Of a stretch of 64,000 nucleotides of DNA, positions 11,245-23,596 are shown one piece after another. Position numbers and translations under genes: made by a program. The DNA comes from Seison nebaliae (taxonomy: Eukaryota). The notes beneath the pieces were generated by a model. That model searched no databases and was not told where the DNA came from. It was given only the letters and a program-made list of their open reading frames with translations. Location of the stretch: positions 1-64,000 of the forward strand of contig JALJEE010001046.1 of the NCBI GenBank assembly GCA_023231475.1, read 5' to 3'. Numbering within the stretch: position 1 is the first letter of the stretch; every line of letters begins with the position of its first letter.

Positions 11245-12495
11245 TTATTTTTTATCTTTTTTATGATACTCGGTGACATACCATTGATGATTACGATGTC
11301 CAGTTTTGTTCATACATTCGATGTATCGTTTATATGCAGGAATATCATTCAATGAATATAAATGTCTTACATCTCTATATGTTTCCCCGAAATAATTGCA
11401 AACATCGGCAATAAATCTCATGATGTTGGTATGATAGAAATTTTGCAATGGCAGATCGAGATCAACGTCAAATAAATAAGTATTTAATCTCTTCAAGGGA
11501 GTAGCGGCGGCTCTCTCGAACAGATATCGACACATCCACGATTTAATAGTTTTTGAAGATCGACTCCTCAAAAAGAGAATTGGACAAACGATAATTCCAA
11601 TTTTAGAACAAGAATTCAACCAATTTTCCGCATGTGCATTATTAATCATTGTTATGATGGGAATATAGCGGAATTTGATTGCCATCACATCCAAATGAGA
11701 AGTAAAAGGATTCTCAACAATAAGAGCTAAAGTTCTCCGAGCATTTTCTGGATGAGATGCAACTTGAATAGCAATAGCAGCTCCGATTCCCCTACCAAAT
11801 AAAATTAACTTATTTCTATCGATATCAGTCCGTTGAAGTAAATATTCGAATGCTGCTTGTGCATCCATATAAACTCCAAATTCCGTCGGTTCTCCTGTAC
11901 TTTGTCCGAATCCTCTATAATCAAGTAATAAAACATTGAACTGACAAACTACATTCAATAATCTTGCTTTAGGTAATCGATCACCAATATTGCCTCCTCG
12001 ATCGTGTAAATAAAGAATGGTAGGTACAACAGAAGTATAATTTGTCATATTTTGAAGGAGAAAATATGCATGCAACAATTCACCATCTCGTGTTTTAATA
12101 TACATCTCCTCGAATTGCATTTGGAAATGTTTGGGTGACATGGTCAACATTCTCGCAGTTTTCGAACTGTTCGGATTAAATGTAAGTCCCATTTCAAACA
12201 TATCGAACATGTGTTTTAAAACCGTTCTTTTTTTCCGTTTGGTTATCGATATTCGATTATTCTTATCAACATATCGATGCCAACGGAAACCACAAGTGAA
12301 CATATAAGTATAAATATCTCGAGTTGTCTTCTCCATCAACTCAACATTCTGGATAAATGGTTCATTGGAATTTTGATTACGAACTGTGAAATTCGATCCA
12401 CGACTTGAACCAGAAACGAACGAGCCTTTCTGACTCTTGTCATCAGGTCTTAAATGACTTTTCCTCGAAACTCCCGCCTCCGACATTTTCGACAT
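11245..12495 (-). CDS. ABHD13-like alpha/beta hydrolase fold protein, intronless, nucleophile Ser replaced by Gly
   Basis: PTILYLH..GGNIGDR, DYRGFGQSTGEPTEFG, DAQAAFEYL and LIVENPFTS match ABHD13/BEM46. The nucleophile elbow reads FGRGIG instead of FGRSLG. First ATG at 12495. Confidence 0.8.
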   Translation of the reverse strand: MSKMSEAGVSRKSHLRPDDKSQKGSFVSGSSRGSNFTVRNQNSNEPFIQNVELMEKTTRDIYTYMFTCGFRWHRYVDKNNRISITKRKKRTVLKHMFDMFEMGLTFNPNSSKTARMLTMSPKHFQMQFEEMYIKTRDGELLHAYFLLQNMTNYTSVVPTILYLHDRGGNIGDRLPKARLLNVVCQFNVLLLDYRGFGQSTGEPTEFGVYMDAQAAFEYLLQRTDIDRNKLILFGRGIGAAIAIQVASHPENARRTLALIVENPFTSHLDVMAIKFRYIPIITMINNAHAENWLNSCSKIGIIVCPILFLRSRSSKTIKSWMCRYLFERAAATPLKRLNTYLFDVDLDLPLQNFYHTNIMRFIADVCNYFGETYRDVRHLYSLNDIPAYKRYIECMNKTGHRNHQWYVTEYHKKDKK

Positions 12496-12600
12496 TGTTG
12501 ACAATTCAACAAAAATAATATTTATTTATTGAAAATTTTTTGTAAAATTCTTATGAAAATGAGAAATTGGAATAAATAGGAAAAATGGTTTCATTTTCAT

Positions 12601-13275
12601 TTATTTAAAGTGAACACTCACTTTCTCGTTAATGTCGATGTGATTAAAAAGTTTCTGAAATTCGATGAAATTTATCGTTTTCGCATATTCCACTTCCTTG
12701 TCTAATTCGCCTAATAAACGATCGACGATATTCTCTAATTGTTCCTCTGAAATATTCGTTCCGACCATCATATGGAGAATGTTGAATAATTCCGTTCGCG
12801 ATATCTTACCATCACGATCTTTATCATAAATCTAATTTATCGATAAAAAATTATCAAGATTAGGAAAAAGAAGAACTTTAAATAAAAATTTCAATTTATT
12901 ATTTTTACAATTCAAATCTTCTTCCATTTCATTCTCTCCATTATCATTCTCATCATCATTTTTTACCTTTTCCTTCGTAGAAACATTTCTGTTTTGTTTT
13001 AGAAAGACGGCCAATACGTCACAGAAATTTTTGAAATTAATTGAATCATCATCCGTTTCGTCAAAGAAACAATCAACTATCCGTTCACCTAATGGATTAA
13101 TTGCTAGATCAGGAATCCTTAAAAGGTCGTCTCTTGTAAGAAATCCGTTCGAATGTTTATCAAGACTAGTGAATCGAGAATAAAGTCGTTTAATTTGAGC
13201 TCCATTAAAACCAGTTTCTTTTTCAAGATTTACAATTTCTTCAGCTCGCAAAGTCAAGGAAGGATTGGAACCCAT
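12601..13275 (-). CDS. CHP1: Calcineurin B homologous protein (EF-hand), 2 exons
   Basis: N-myristoylation MGS, ETGF..QIKRLYSRFTSLDK and LAINPLGERIV. Exon 2 (IYDKDRDGKISRTEL...MMVG) follows a GTT-AG intron at ~12832-12876. Confidence 0.9.
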
Positions 13276-13874
13276 TTCTTCCGTAAAAAAAAATAAAAGA
13301 AAAAAATAGGAATTCCTAATTCTAATATAGAAAAATAAAATAATTAAATTACAATGAATAATAATTAAAAATTATTTCTTAGTGAAAAATCGTTTCTTTT
13401 AATGTTAAGAAGAAATTGTATGGAAGTAAAAGGAGAGAGTGAAACAAATGAGGAGTTAATTGAAAACTCTGACGAATGAAAATTGTGTATGACCAAAAGA
13501 ATGATCATTTTCTGTTAAAATAATCATCAATGGAAAAATAAGAATAATATTGAATATGATTATTGAAATAGAAATTGTAAATAATAAATATCATCATAAT
13601 TTTTATTGTCTTATCATCATTGGAGGAAAGATGACGATGTTGATAATAAATAAAAAGAAGAATAATTTTTTAATATTTTTTATTGGACTATAATTTTCAA
13701 TGAATTTTTATTTGAAAATAATTCTTAAAATTATTGAATGAATGAACGGATGAAATGTTCGAGTTTTGAGCTAACAAATGTTCAACAAAAATATTAAGAA
13801 AGTTAAATTAAACAATAATAAATCGATACGCTAGTTACGTAACATTTTTCTTGTTGATAAATTGAAAAACGAAG

Positions 13875-16800
13875 ATGAAAATGAAAGTTAAACGAATAAT
13901 TTCTGTTAAAACCAGTAAACTTTTCTTTGAATTAGGCATGTAATGCAACCATCCTATTAATGGATGTCACTGCATCGATGGGTGATGCGGTTGATTTAAA
14001 TGGAAATACTCATCTTCAACTTTGTTCTGATATTATTCAATTGATTATAAAGAAGAAATTGTTTGAGGAATCGAATGATTTATTCGCATTACTACTCATG
14101 GGAACAGATGATTCAGATAATCATTTATCCCAAAAATTTTCATCGGAAACAAATGCTTATAACCACATTAGTTTAGTGCGAACTCTTGCACCGATTTCAT
14201 GGACTTTCCTCAATTATATTACTACGGAATTGAAGACATACAATAACGAAGTTGATAGTTCACAATTTTTAAACTTAACATAGAAATTTAAAATTACTTT
14301 CTCAACTGTCTAGTGCTTAATGCCTTAATCGTCGGAGCGGATATAATGCGAGATGCTAAAGAGTTTTAACATCATTTTTCCTCTCAACTTCTCTAATTCT
14401 CCCTATAGAAATTACAATTTGTTACAAAGGAAGATTATCGTATTGTCAGCTTTCCAGTCTCCGAAATTCGAAATGCCAGAAGCAGTTTTGAAAGGAATAC
14501 AGAATGATAAAATATTAATAGACTTTATGTTTAGACTTTCAATAATTTCAAACCAATTTTCATTTAAATTCTTCTTCCAGAACACCTTACACTTTATCTA
14601 ACGATCCAATGCTGTCCCTAAAAAAAGAAGATTATGATGATGATGATGAAAATGATCATGATGGTTCTAAGAGACGAAAAAACGATTATGATAATCGTTA
14701 TAAACCGATGGATGGACTCAAGTATCCGAATGGTGAACTGCTAACTCGATTAGATGTGACTATCTCCTCAATCGCAAGATATGAAGGAGAACTATACTCT
14801 TATTCGTTTTCATTGTCTTTTTATCAAAAACTAATTTATATTTTGTTCTTTTAGTCAATCATTAGATATGTTGTCTACATTAACTCCAAGAATGACATCC
14901 CCAATGGGTCAGAAGTTTGTCTTAGAAATAAGTGATCAAATTACAATTCCTTTACAATTTTATTTAAAGTTATCTTTACATAAGTTGCTGAATGATAGAA
15001 TATGCATTATGTTCTTAGAGTTAAAGAGAATAAACCAGATGTTCTAAAAGGAAAGAAAGTGCTCACGAGAGATCCCAATGAAAAGGTAGTTGTTGAACGA
15101 TCTCGATTCACTAAAGATGATGAAGGAATGGAAGTGGAAGCAAGCGACCTAATTGACGGTTATATGTACGGAAAATCATTTATTCCAATATCGGAAGCAG
15201 ATGCTGTTCATTTGAAATTGGATAATGTAAAATCTTTAAAATTAGTCGTTTTCACAACATCAGATCGAGTTAGTTTCAACTTTTTAAAATTGAGAGTTTT
15301 CTCAATTTTATATCTACGACTACTCTGTAATGATATGGGGAAAAGTTGGATAATATTTTTAATAACTTTATTTCACTTCTAAGATTCGGACGGAATATAT
15401 TCAAAGTGCGGGAGTTTATCAAGTTATGCCACAACTAGGTGATGATAATGCAATGTTATCAGTAACGGCTTTATGTAAAGCGATGATCGAGTCGAATAAT
15501 GTTGCAATTGTACGAAAAGTATTTAGTAAACGAAGTGATCCAGAAATTGGTTATTTGACACCAATTCACGAAAATCAGCAGTATTATTTCATTTATCATA
15601 AATTGCCTTACGCGGAAGATATGAGAAAGTATGATTTCCCATTATTGGCGATTGAAGATAAGGAGATTGAACATTTTTTCCACGACGATCGTAAACTGAA
15701 AGATGAAGAGATTGGGCATATGAATAATTTTATTGATCATTCAATGTTGTTAAACGATATGGATAAATGGAAGAATCTCTTCCAGAAAAAAGAAGACGAA
15801 GATTTAACTATCATGAAATCGAACGATGATGATATAGAAGAAATTGTTGAATCAGATGATAAAATATTGAAATCGATTCAAGAAAACTTCGCTCGAAATT
15901 GTGGAGATGATATATTTAAGAAGGTTTTGAAAAGAATCCAATTAAATTTATTCAATTACAAATCAGACAATCTTTTGGAAATCGATGATTTTGAAGATGA
16001 AATTCTCGCACCGGAAGATACCTACAATCCCCAATGTCAACGTATGATGAATGAAATATGTGAACGAGTTCTAAATAAAGAACATGAATTACCATTAGAG
16101 AAGTTTGATGATATCGCCAAAAATGGAATATATCGAAGCAATTTAACCGATAAATATTATCCTTTAATTTTATGTCAAGAGTTGTTAGGAAGAGAATTAC
16201 AAAGAACATTTGAATTACCAAAAATCTTAATCGATGACATAACAACAACAAATGACACGACCGATTTTAATGAAACTACTGAACAGTCAACTGATTCGAA
16301 TGATGATGTTGAAGAACGATTTCAAAATACGGTTTTCTTCCATTTTCTCTAGAATCTTAATAACTAATCAATCTATATTTTTCATTTAAAAATAGATGAA
16401 TACTTTAAATCCAATTATCGATTTTGAGAATATGATGGTTTCTGGTGAAACTTTTAAGAATGGTTAAATTCAACACTTTACAATGCACTTAATTTTCTCC
16501 AAAATTTTCAGCATTCTTTCAGTTAGCTAAAACTGTCAAAGGTTTCCTCACAAATGTTTTCAATCGCGATTTATTCAATAAATCATTAGAATGTCTCCAA
16601 TTCTTAAGGAAACAATGTATCGAAGTTTGATTTTGGGATAATTATTAACCGGTCAATTGTACATCCAATATTTTTTCAAATAAAAAACGGTGTTTTTGTC
16701 CCTAAAAACACGATCTCCATATCATATATTTCTGAATATTTCGGTGATTTTATCACTCGTTATAGAAAATTTCTATAATTTCTTCAACCGTTTTTTGGAG

Positions 16801-17198
16801 TGATGAAAACAGCATTTTTTATCTGAAAAATATTGAGTGACGAAATGACATGCATTTGGATAATTAACATTTTCTTCAGAAAAAATCCCCAAATTTGTTT
16901 AATGAATTTCTGCGAAGTTTAAAGTCAAATGTTTTCGATCCTCAAACTTATGGAACTGACGATTTTGAAAATTTATTAGTAGAAAGTTCAAATTTATTGT
17001 TCTTTGATTTTGTCCAATTTTCTTTTTATTTTAGATGACGTTCAACTGATTAATGATACCGAAGTGGAGAATGACGGTGTGAAGAAAGAAGAAGCGATCA
17101 TATTTATCAAAAAGGAAATTATTGAAGAAAAGAAAGAAGAAATAAAGAATGATGATGATGGTGATTTAGATGCGGACGATCTATTAGATTTCATGTAA
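13875..17198 (+). CDS. XRCC5: Ku80 (NHEJ DNA end-binding subunit), 12 exons
   Basis: vWA start ILLMDVTASM, LMGTDDSDNHL, GYMYGKSFIP, LPYAEDMRKYDFP, NPQCQR and the C-terminal DNA-PKcs-binding motif DDLLDFM. Eleven GTT-AG introns restore the frame. Confidence 0.9.
16652..16849. mobile_element. Degenerate foldback/MITE-like insert in Ku80 intron 16625-16879
   Basis: The left arm CAATATTTTTTCAAATAAAAAACGGTGTTTT (~16666) is an imperfect inverted repeat of AAAACAGCATTTTTTATCTGAAAAATATTG (~16806-16835). The intron is about five times the local norm. Confidence 0.55.
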
Positions 17199-17339
17199 AT
17201 TAAATTATATTTGAATGAAATAATTTTTGTGTGTAATTTTATTTTTCACTTGTGATTCTCACGTTTTATTTACAATAATTTTCTTTAATTTGTTTAAATA
17301 ATTTCATGGGATTTTTTTTTTCTAAAAATAAATATTAGA

Positions 17340-18248
17340 TCAGTTACCCAAATAATTAGGAGGTCGTTTATCTTTGAACGCTTTCAATCCTTCCATTCGA
17401 TCGTTGGTATTAATAACTTGTTCGTAACAATTCTCTTCTACTTTCAATGCTTCCTTCATCGATAATGAATAACCTTCATCGATGGCTTTTTTCGCCATTC
17501 GTAAAGCGATTGGTCCATGATATCTCCCTAATTGTTCAGCTAACTCCAACGCTTTATTGTAAGCAGCAAAACCTGACACTTCCTTTGTAATACCAACACC
17601 AATATTAGCTAATCCAAGCATAACAGCTTCGGGAGCTTTGACAATTCTTCCACTGAAAATCAATTCTTTCGCTTTCGCTATCGATAATAATCGTGTTAGT
17701 CGTTGCGTACCACCAGCACCAGGAATTATAGCTAATTTAGTCTCTACTAATCCTAAAGAACCTTTTCCACTAATGACACGTAAATCACATGCTAATGCCA
17801 ATTCCATTCCACCACCAACTGCCACTCCATCTATCGCTCCAATGACAGGAACAGGAATTTTAGCTATACATTCAATCATCCTTCTCAATCGCTTTACATG
17901 ACCAGCAACATCTTCTTGCTTCATTTTCAATCTCTCTTTCAAATCGGCACCTGAACAAAATGTTCCATCAACTTTACTTCCAATAATGAGACATCTCATA
18001 TTCTTTGATTTATTACATTCATTAATTGCTTCCTCAATCAATGAGCACATGTCTTTGTTAATTGCATTTCTCGCTTCTGGTCGATTCAATAACAATTCAT
18101 AAACTCCATCAGAAATATCAGATCGATGTTGAAAAATGACAGATGAAGAAGATCGATTCGTAGAAAGGTTAGTTTGGAAGGAAAGAAATTGTTGGAAAAA
18201 GTTCAGAGACTTTTGTGGATTATTTAACAATTTTAAATATTTATACAT
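17340..18248 (-). CDS. AUH: Methylglutaconyl-CoA hydratase (AUH-like crotonase), intronless
   Basis: LNRPEARNAI, FCSGADLKER, GGGMELALACDLR, GLVETKLAIIPGAGGTQRL and DRMEGLKAF. Probable start MYKYLKLL at 18248 (presequence-like). The longer ORF runs into the hsc70 promoter. Confidence 0.88.
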   Translation of the reverse strand: MYKYLKLLNNPQKSLNFFQQFLSFQTNLSTNRSSSSVIFQHRSDISDGVYELLLNRPEARNAINKDMCSLIEEAINECNKSKNMRCLIIGSKVDGTFCSGADLKERLKMKQEDVAGHVKRLRRMIECIAKIPVPVIGAIDGVAVGGGMELALACDLRVISGKGSLGLVETKLAIIPGAGGTQRLTRLLSIAKAKELIFSGRIVKAPEAVMLGLANIGVGITKEVSGFAAYNKALELAEQLGRYHGPIALRMAKKAIDEGYSLSMKEALKVEENCYEQVINTNDRMEGLKAFKDKRPPNYLGN

Positions 18249-18403
18249 GTTAATAAAAAGAAAAACGTGTAATTTCAATAGATAAAATGCTGCTTCGAAA
18301 GAAAAATGTGAATTGCAGAAGAAATTCACACGTTTTTCATTCAAGCCAAAAATTTGAACGAAACAATAGCTAAAAACTCTTAAAAATGAAAGGTTTATGG
18401 GAA

Positions 18404-18500
18404 ATTCTAGAATTTTGTCGAACGTTCTTCGCTCGTGACTCATATGTTCGATAGAGAATGTTCTAGAACATTCTACAACAATTCCCTTCTAGAATATTCT
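18404..18500. promoter_or_regulatory. Heat-shock element array between divergent AUH and hsc70
   Basis: Perfect 4-unit HSE aGAAtgTTCtaGAAcaTTCt at 18455-18474, 3-unit cTTCtaGAAtaTTCt at 18486-18500, further GAA/TTC pairs at 18404-18428, AP-1-like TGACTCA at 18436, and a TATA-like run near 18512. Confidence 0.85.
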
Positions 18501-18636
18501 TTATAATTTACTATATATATCCCATTGATTTTTTTTTTCTTTAGACTCTTTGTATATTTCATTTGTCAATTGTAAGACCTAGTCTTTTTAATTTACTCTC
18601 TATTCGTCGTATCTTCAATTATTCCACATATACACA

Positions 18637-20839
18637 ATGTCTGCAATCGGTATTGATTTGGGAACAACCTATTCATGTGTCGGTGTATTCCAACATGGTA
18701 AATGCGAGATCATTGCTAATGATCAAGGTAATCGAACTACTCCATCATATGTTGCATTTACTGATTCGGAACGATTGATTGGTGATGCCGCAAAGAACCA
18801 AGTGGCAATGAATCCAACAAACACCATTTTTGGTTAGTTATCTAACTAATTCATATATTTTTTTCAAATTCTTTAATGATGAGAACTCTTATGAGACTTC
18901 GCGGTTTCCAATGAGATTCATTTCAAAGATTTTATATTTCCTTGGAAGACTGATAAATATTTTTTAAATAATTTTTAAAAATTTTTGAATATTCTTCAAA
19001 TTGACTAATATTTTTTCTTTTATCTTAGATGCCAAGCGTCTTATTGGTCGTAAGTTTGATGATGAAACGGTTCGACGAGATATGAAACATTGGCCATTCA
19101 AAGTGGTGAATGATTCGACTAAACCGAAAATCCAAGTGGAATTCAAGAATGAAACGAAAACCTTCTATCCGGAAGAAGTTTCCGCTATGGTCCTCACTAA
19201 AATGAAGGAAACGGCTGAATCATATTTGGGAAAGAATGTTTCCAAATCTGTCATTACTGTTCCCGCCTATTTCAATGATGCTCAACGACAAGCAACAAAG
19301 GATGCTGGTACGATTTCTGGAATGAATGTTCTCCGAATCATCAATGAACCAACAGCAGCTGCTATCGCTTATGGTTTGGACAAGAAGATCGGTGGTGAAA
19401 GAAACGTCTTAATTTTCGATTTGGGTGGTGGTACATTCGATGTATCAATTTTGACGATTGAAGAAGGTATCTTCGAAGTGAAATCAACAGCTGGTGATAC
19501 TCATTTGGGAGGAGAAGATTTCGATAGTCGATTGGTCGACTTTTTTGTTGAAGAATTCAAACGAAAGAACAAAAAGGATATGAGAGGAAATAAACGAGCA
19601 GTTAGACGATTGAGAACTGCATGTGAAAGAGCGAAACGAACATTATCATCATCTGCCAATGCCAATATTGAAATCGATTCATTATATGATGGTATCGATT
19701 TCTATTCACCAATTACACGTGCACGTTTCGAAGAATTATGTTCAGATTTGTTTCGAAGTACTTTGGATCCGGTCGAAAAGGCATTAAAAGATTCCAAATT
19801 GGACAAGAGTTCTATTCAAGATATTGTATTGGTTGGTGGTTCTACTCGAATCCCAAAAGTTCAAAAGTTACTTCAAGATTTCTTCAATGGAAAAGAACTG
19901 AATAAGAGCATCAATCCTGATGAAGCTGTTGCATATGGTGCTGCCGTACAAGCTGCAATTCTTTGTGGTGACAAATCGGAACAAGTCCAAGATTTGTTGT
20001 TATTAGATGTTACTCCATTGTCATTGGGAATCGAAACTGCTGGTGGTGTAATGACTTCATTGATTAAACGAAATACGACAATTCCCACAAAAACTAGTCA
20101 AGTATTCACAACATATGCTGACAATCAGCCAGGTGTGTTGATCCAAGTTTATGAAGGAGAACGTGCAATGACGAAAGATAATAATCTTTTGGGTAAATTC
20201 GAATTATCTGGAATTCCTCCAGCTCCACGTGGTGTACCTCAAATCGAAGTAACATTCGATATTGATGCTAATGGTATTTTGAATGTTCATGCTGTTGACA
20301 AGAGTACTGGAAAAGAGAATAAGATTACCATCACTAATGATAAAGGACGATTATCGAAAGAAGAAATTGAACGAATGGTTAATGATGCTGATAAGTACAA
20401 AGCAGATGATGAAGCTCAACGACAAAAAGTCGATGCTCGAAATCAATTGGAAAGTTACGTGTTCAACATGAAATCGACAGTTGATGATGAGAAAGTTAAA
20501 GATAAAATCTCTGATGATGACAAGAAGAAGATTAAGGAGAAATGTGATGAAACAATCAAATGGCTCGATTCGAATACTTTAGCAGAAAAGGAAGAATTCG
20601 AACATAAACGAAAAGAATTAGAAGAAATTTGCAATCCAATCATTTCGAAGATGTATGCAGCTGCTGGCGGTGCAGGTGCTGGAGGTATGCCAGGTGGTAT
20701 GCCTGGAGGTATGCCCGGTGGAATGCCAGGTGGTATGCCCGGAGGTATGCCAGGAGGTATGCCAGGAGGATTCCCAGGAGCTGGAGCTGGTGGAGCAGGA
20801 GGATCCAACAAAGGACCAACCATCGAAGAAGTCGATTAA
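18637..20839 (+). CDS. HSPA8: Cytosolic Hsp70 (hsc70 type), 2 exons, intron 18833-19028
   Basis: [40 protein letters not shown] repeats and terminal GPTIEEVD. Intron-containing. Confidence 0.96.
18872..18957 (+). ncRNA. SNORD14: U14 box C/D snoRNA in the hsc70 intron
   Basis: Box C ATGATGA at 18876-18882, box D CTGA at 18950-18953 and terminal stem TTTA/TAAA. Domain A TTCGCGGTTTCC (18898-18909) and domain B TTCCTTGGAAGA, directly before box D, match the two 18S-antisense elements of U14 (vertebrate TTCGCAGTTTCC and TTCCTTGGATGT). Confidence 0.88.
20681..20776 (+). repeat. Coding tetrapeptide repeat, 7x GGMP plus GGFP, in the hsc70 C-terminus
   Basis: Direct translation. Synonymous variation between the 12-bp units. 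Confidence 0.95.
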
Positions 20840-21321
20840 AGAACAAATTTATTGAGAATGGAATATACAAATAATTTTAAAAAATCTAAGTTTTTTATCG
20901 AATTTTTACGAAAATATTATATTTATTCGTGAATAAAATATTATTAATTACCTTTTCTTTTTGCTTGTTGATTGATACTTTTATAATTATTACAAGATTA
21001 CGATCAAAATATGAGAATTTCATAATTTGCTATTAAAAAGTTTAATAGAATTTAGCTAGATTTAAAATATTTTAATTATTAATGTGATTATTAAATTTAT
21101 CTTGAAATGATTTGACTTTATAATAAATAAATAAAATTAAGAAATTTTCATTTCATTTATTATGTGGAATGAATGAAGTAATAAGTAATTATTATTTAGA
21201 AATGATGTGGAAATTAGGATAATTGTAAGAAGTAATTATTTATTTTAGACTTTATTATCCGATGTCTTAAATTAAAAAAAGGATAAGTTTTAAGCAAAAT
21301 ACTAGCCTCCAATAGGAACAC

Positions 21322-23593
21322 ATGGACGTTTATTTGAATAAATTACAAGTTTTTAAGAATAATGTGATAGGATCAATTTGTGAAGAATCTGGAGAAATAG
21401 ATGGGAAAACTTTAAAGAATCTTTGCCTGAAAAAATGTGAAAATTGGAAAATCGTGTGGAGGAAGATTATTCTCAAGAACCAGAATATCTTATTCGAAGA
21501 TGTCTTAATACGTTTCATTCTTATTCTATACATCGATGATAATCATGTGAAAATTTTCCAAATAGGAAATGGGAAATATATTTTTATTCCAAGAATAAAT
21601 TGGAATAAGTTTGATTGTCATGAGCAAGTTAAAAGAAGAAAATGTTCTTCCATTTATTTGTCATATGAATATTTGAAAGAAATAAGAGAAAAACAATTGG
21701 GAAATTTCGTTTTATTTCCTTATTCATTCCAAATCGAAGAAAGTTTATTCGATATTTTAAATTTTGTAAATTCTTTTTCTTGAAGACCTTTGGAATTTGA
21801 CAGTTTATCATAAACAAATTGATTTAACGAATTCCAATTACTTGAAAGAAAATATATTGTTGAAATTGAATAAAATTCATGTTGCACAATCGAATGAAAA
21901 TAAAGTGGAGAAGGAGAATGAATTGTTGCATTTTCCAACTCATCAATTAATTGATTTATTAGAGTACTTGAAATGGCAAAAATATTTACGAGACCAATTT
22001 TATCAGGAGTTAAAAAAAGTTTATCTTTATATATATTTTTCTTCAAATTTATTATATTAATAATTATTTTCTCATAAATATGATATATGTTTTAAAAACG
22101 ATTCTAAGATATTATTTAAGATTATATTTGTATTAAATTAAAAATTTACAGAATTGGACTGAGAAAACTGATCCGATAAAATATATAACAGAAGATATCA
22201 ATATTGCATCGTATATTTTGGTTTTAATTTAACTTCTTTAATTTTATCTCTCATTGAACTATTTTATGTCTTTGTTCAGTGTTTATTGAAAGAAAATTTG
22301 GAACATCATATTATTTATGATTTGGGTTGTGGAAATGGTTTAGTTGATGGATTTTTAAGTGGTCATGTGAAACGTGTGAGAGGAATAGATGTTCAAAGAC
22401 GGAAAATTTGGTCTACCTTAACAGAAATGTTCTCTAAAATAGAACTTGAAGTTTATTAAGTTATATCTATATTTCTTTCTAATTTAATTGTTATGGAGAG
22501 TAGATTGGAACGATTGAAGCTAATTCGACATTTGAAGATGGAACATTTCTTATAGGAAATCATTGTGATGAATTAACTCCATGGATTCCCTTATTTGCAT
22601 GTCGATCATTGATGAAAAGTAGAAATGATCAAATAAGATTTCTAATAATCCCTTGTTGTTTCTGGGGTTGGAATGGAAAATATGAAAAGCAAAGGAAGAT
22701 CATGGGAAATGGAAATCATTCACTTTATCATTCTTATATTCGATACATTCAAGATATATGTTTGAAATGTGGTATTCGAACATTTATCGATAAATTGAGA
22801 ATTCCATCGACAAAAAATGTTTTTGAATATTGTTTAAAGAAATTAAAATTTTTTTTTCTTATTTTATAGTTTTGTCTTTATGGGATTGTAAAACGATCTG
22901 AAATGCAAATTGATTATGTTGAAAATATATTCTCCAAATATCATTCGATGATGCCAATGCGAAATATTAAGGAATTGAGTAAATGTAGAAATGCTACACA
23001 AATCGATGCAGATCTAAAGGAGAAGTTAATGAGAGAAATTGTGAAACAATTACAAAATTGTGAGAAAAAGAAAATGATATCAATCGAATGGTTTGTAGAT
23101 CGATTGGAGTTCGGAAGAGAATTGAATGAGAAAACGATAATTCTTCCGACGATTAGCCCTCAAAATATTTCAATTTATTTGAAAGAAATTAATTGTGAAA
23201 TAAAAGAATGGAACATTGGAGGACAATTGAAAATTGGTGAAATAATTAAGAAGATTGATAGAGAATTATTGAAAGACACTTTAAAAAATGAGAACGGAGG
23301 TCTCTTAACATTTTTCAAAAATAATTCAAATATTTTTACAAGTTTAATTTTCTCAACCAAATTTTATTTTATTCTTTATGAGTATAGTTGAAAAAGAAGG
23401 TTTTATTTCATTGACAATGCCACGTTCAATTTCTTTTATTGAATGGCAAAATGAGAAAAAGAAAAAAGACATTGAAATAAAAGAACTTGGTCGGAAAAAA
23501 AGAAAAACGAAAAGATGCTTTCATGATTCTAATGAATGGAAGTGTATTTGGTCTGCTCAATTATGCGATTATGTTCATTCGGATGAAAAATAG
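21322..23593 (+). CDS. TRMT44: tRNA (uracil-O(2)-)-methyltransferase Trm44, multi-exon, 5' end uncertain
   Basis: TDPIKYITEDINIASY, YDLGCGNGL, GIDVQRRKIW, LIGNHCDELTPWIP, IIPCCF, LRIPSTKN and a C-terminal CCCH zinc finger (KTKRC...C...CDYVH). Confidence 0.85.
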
Positions 23594-23596
23594 AAA

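Noticed and set aside
18249..18443. 64-aa N-terminal extension of the AUH ORF
   Set aside because: It overlaps the HSE promoter and looks non-coding. The Met at 18248 gives a normal-length protein.
20455..20874. Alternative-frame and antisense ORFs with PPGI, YARW or CQEV repeats
   Set aside because: Shadows of the hsc70 GGMP repeat.
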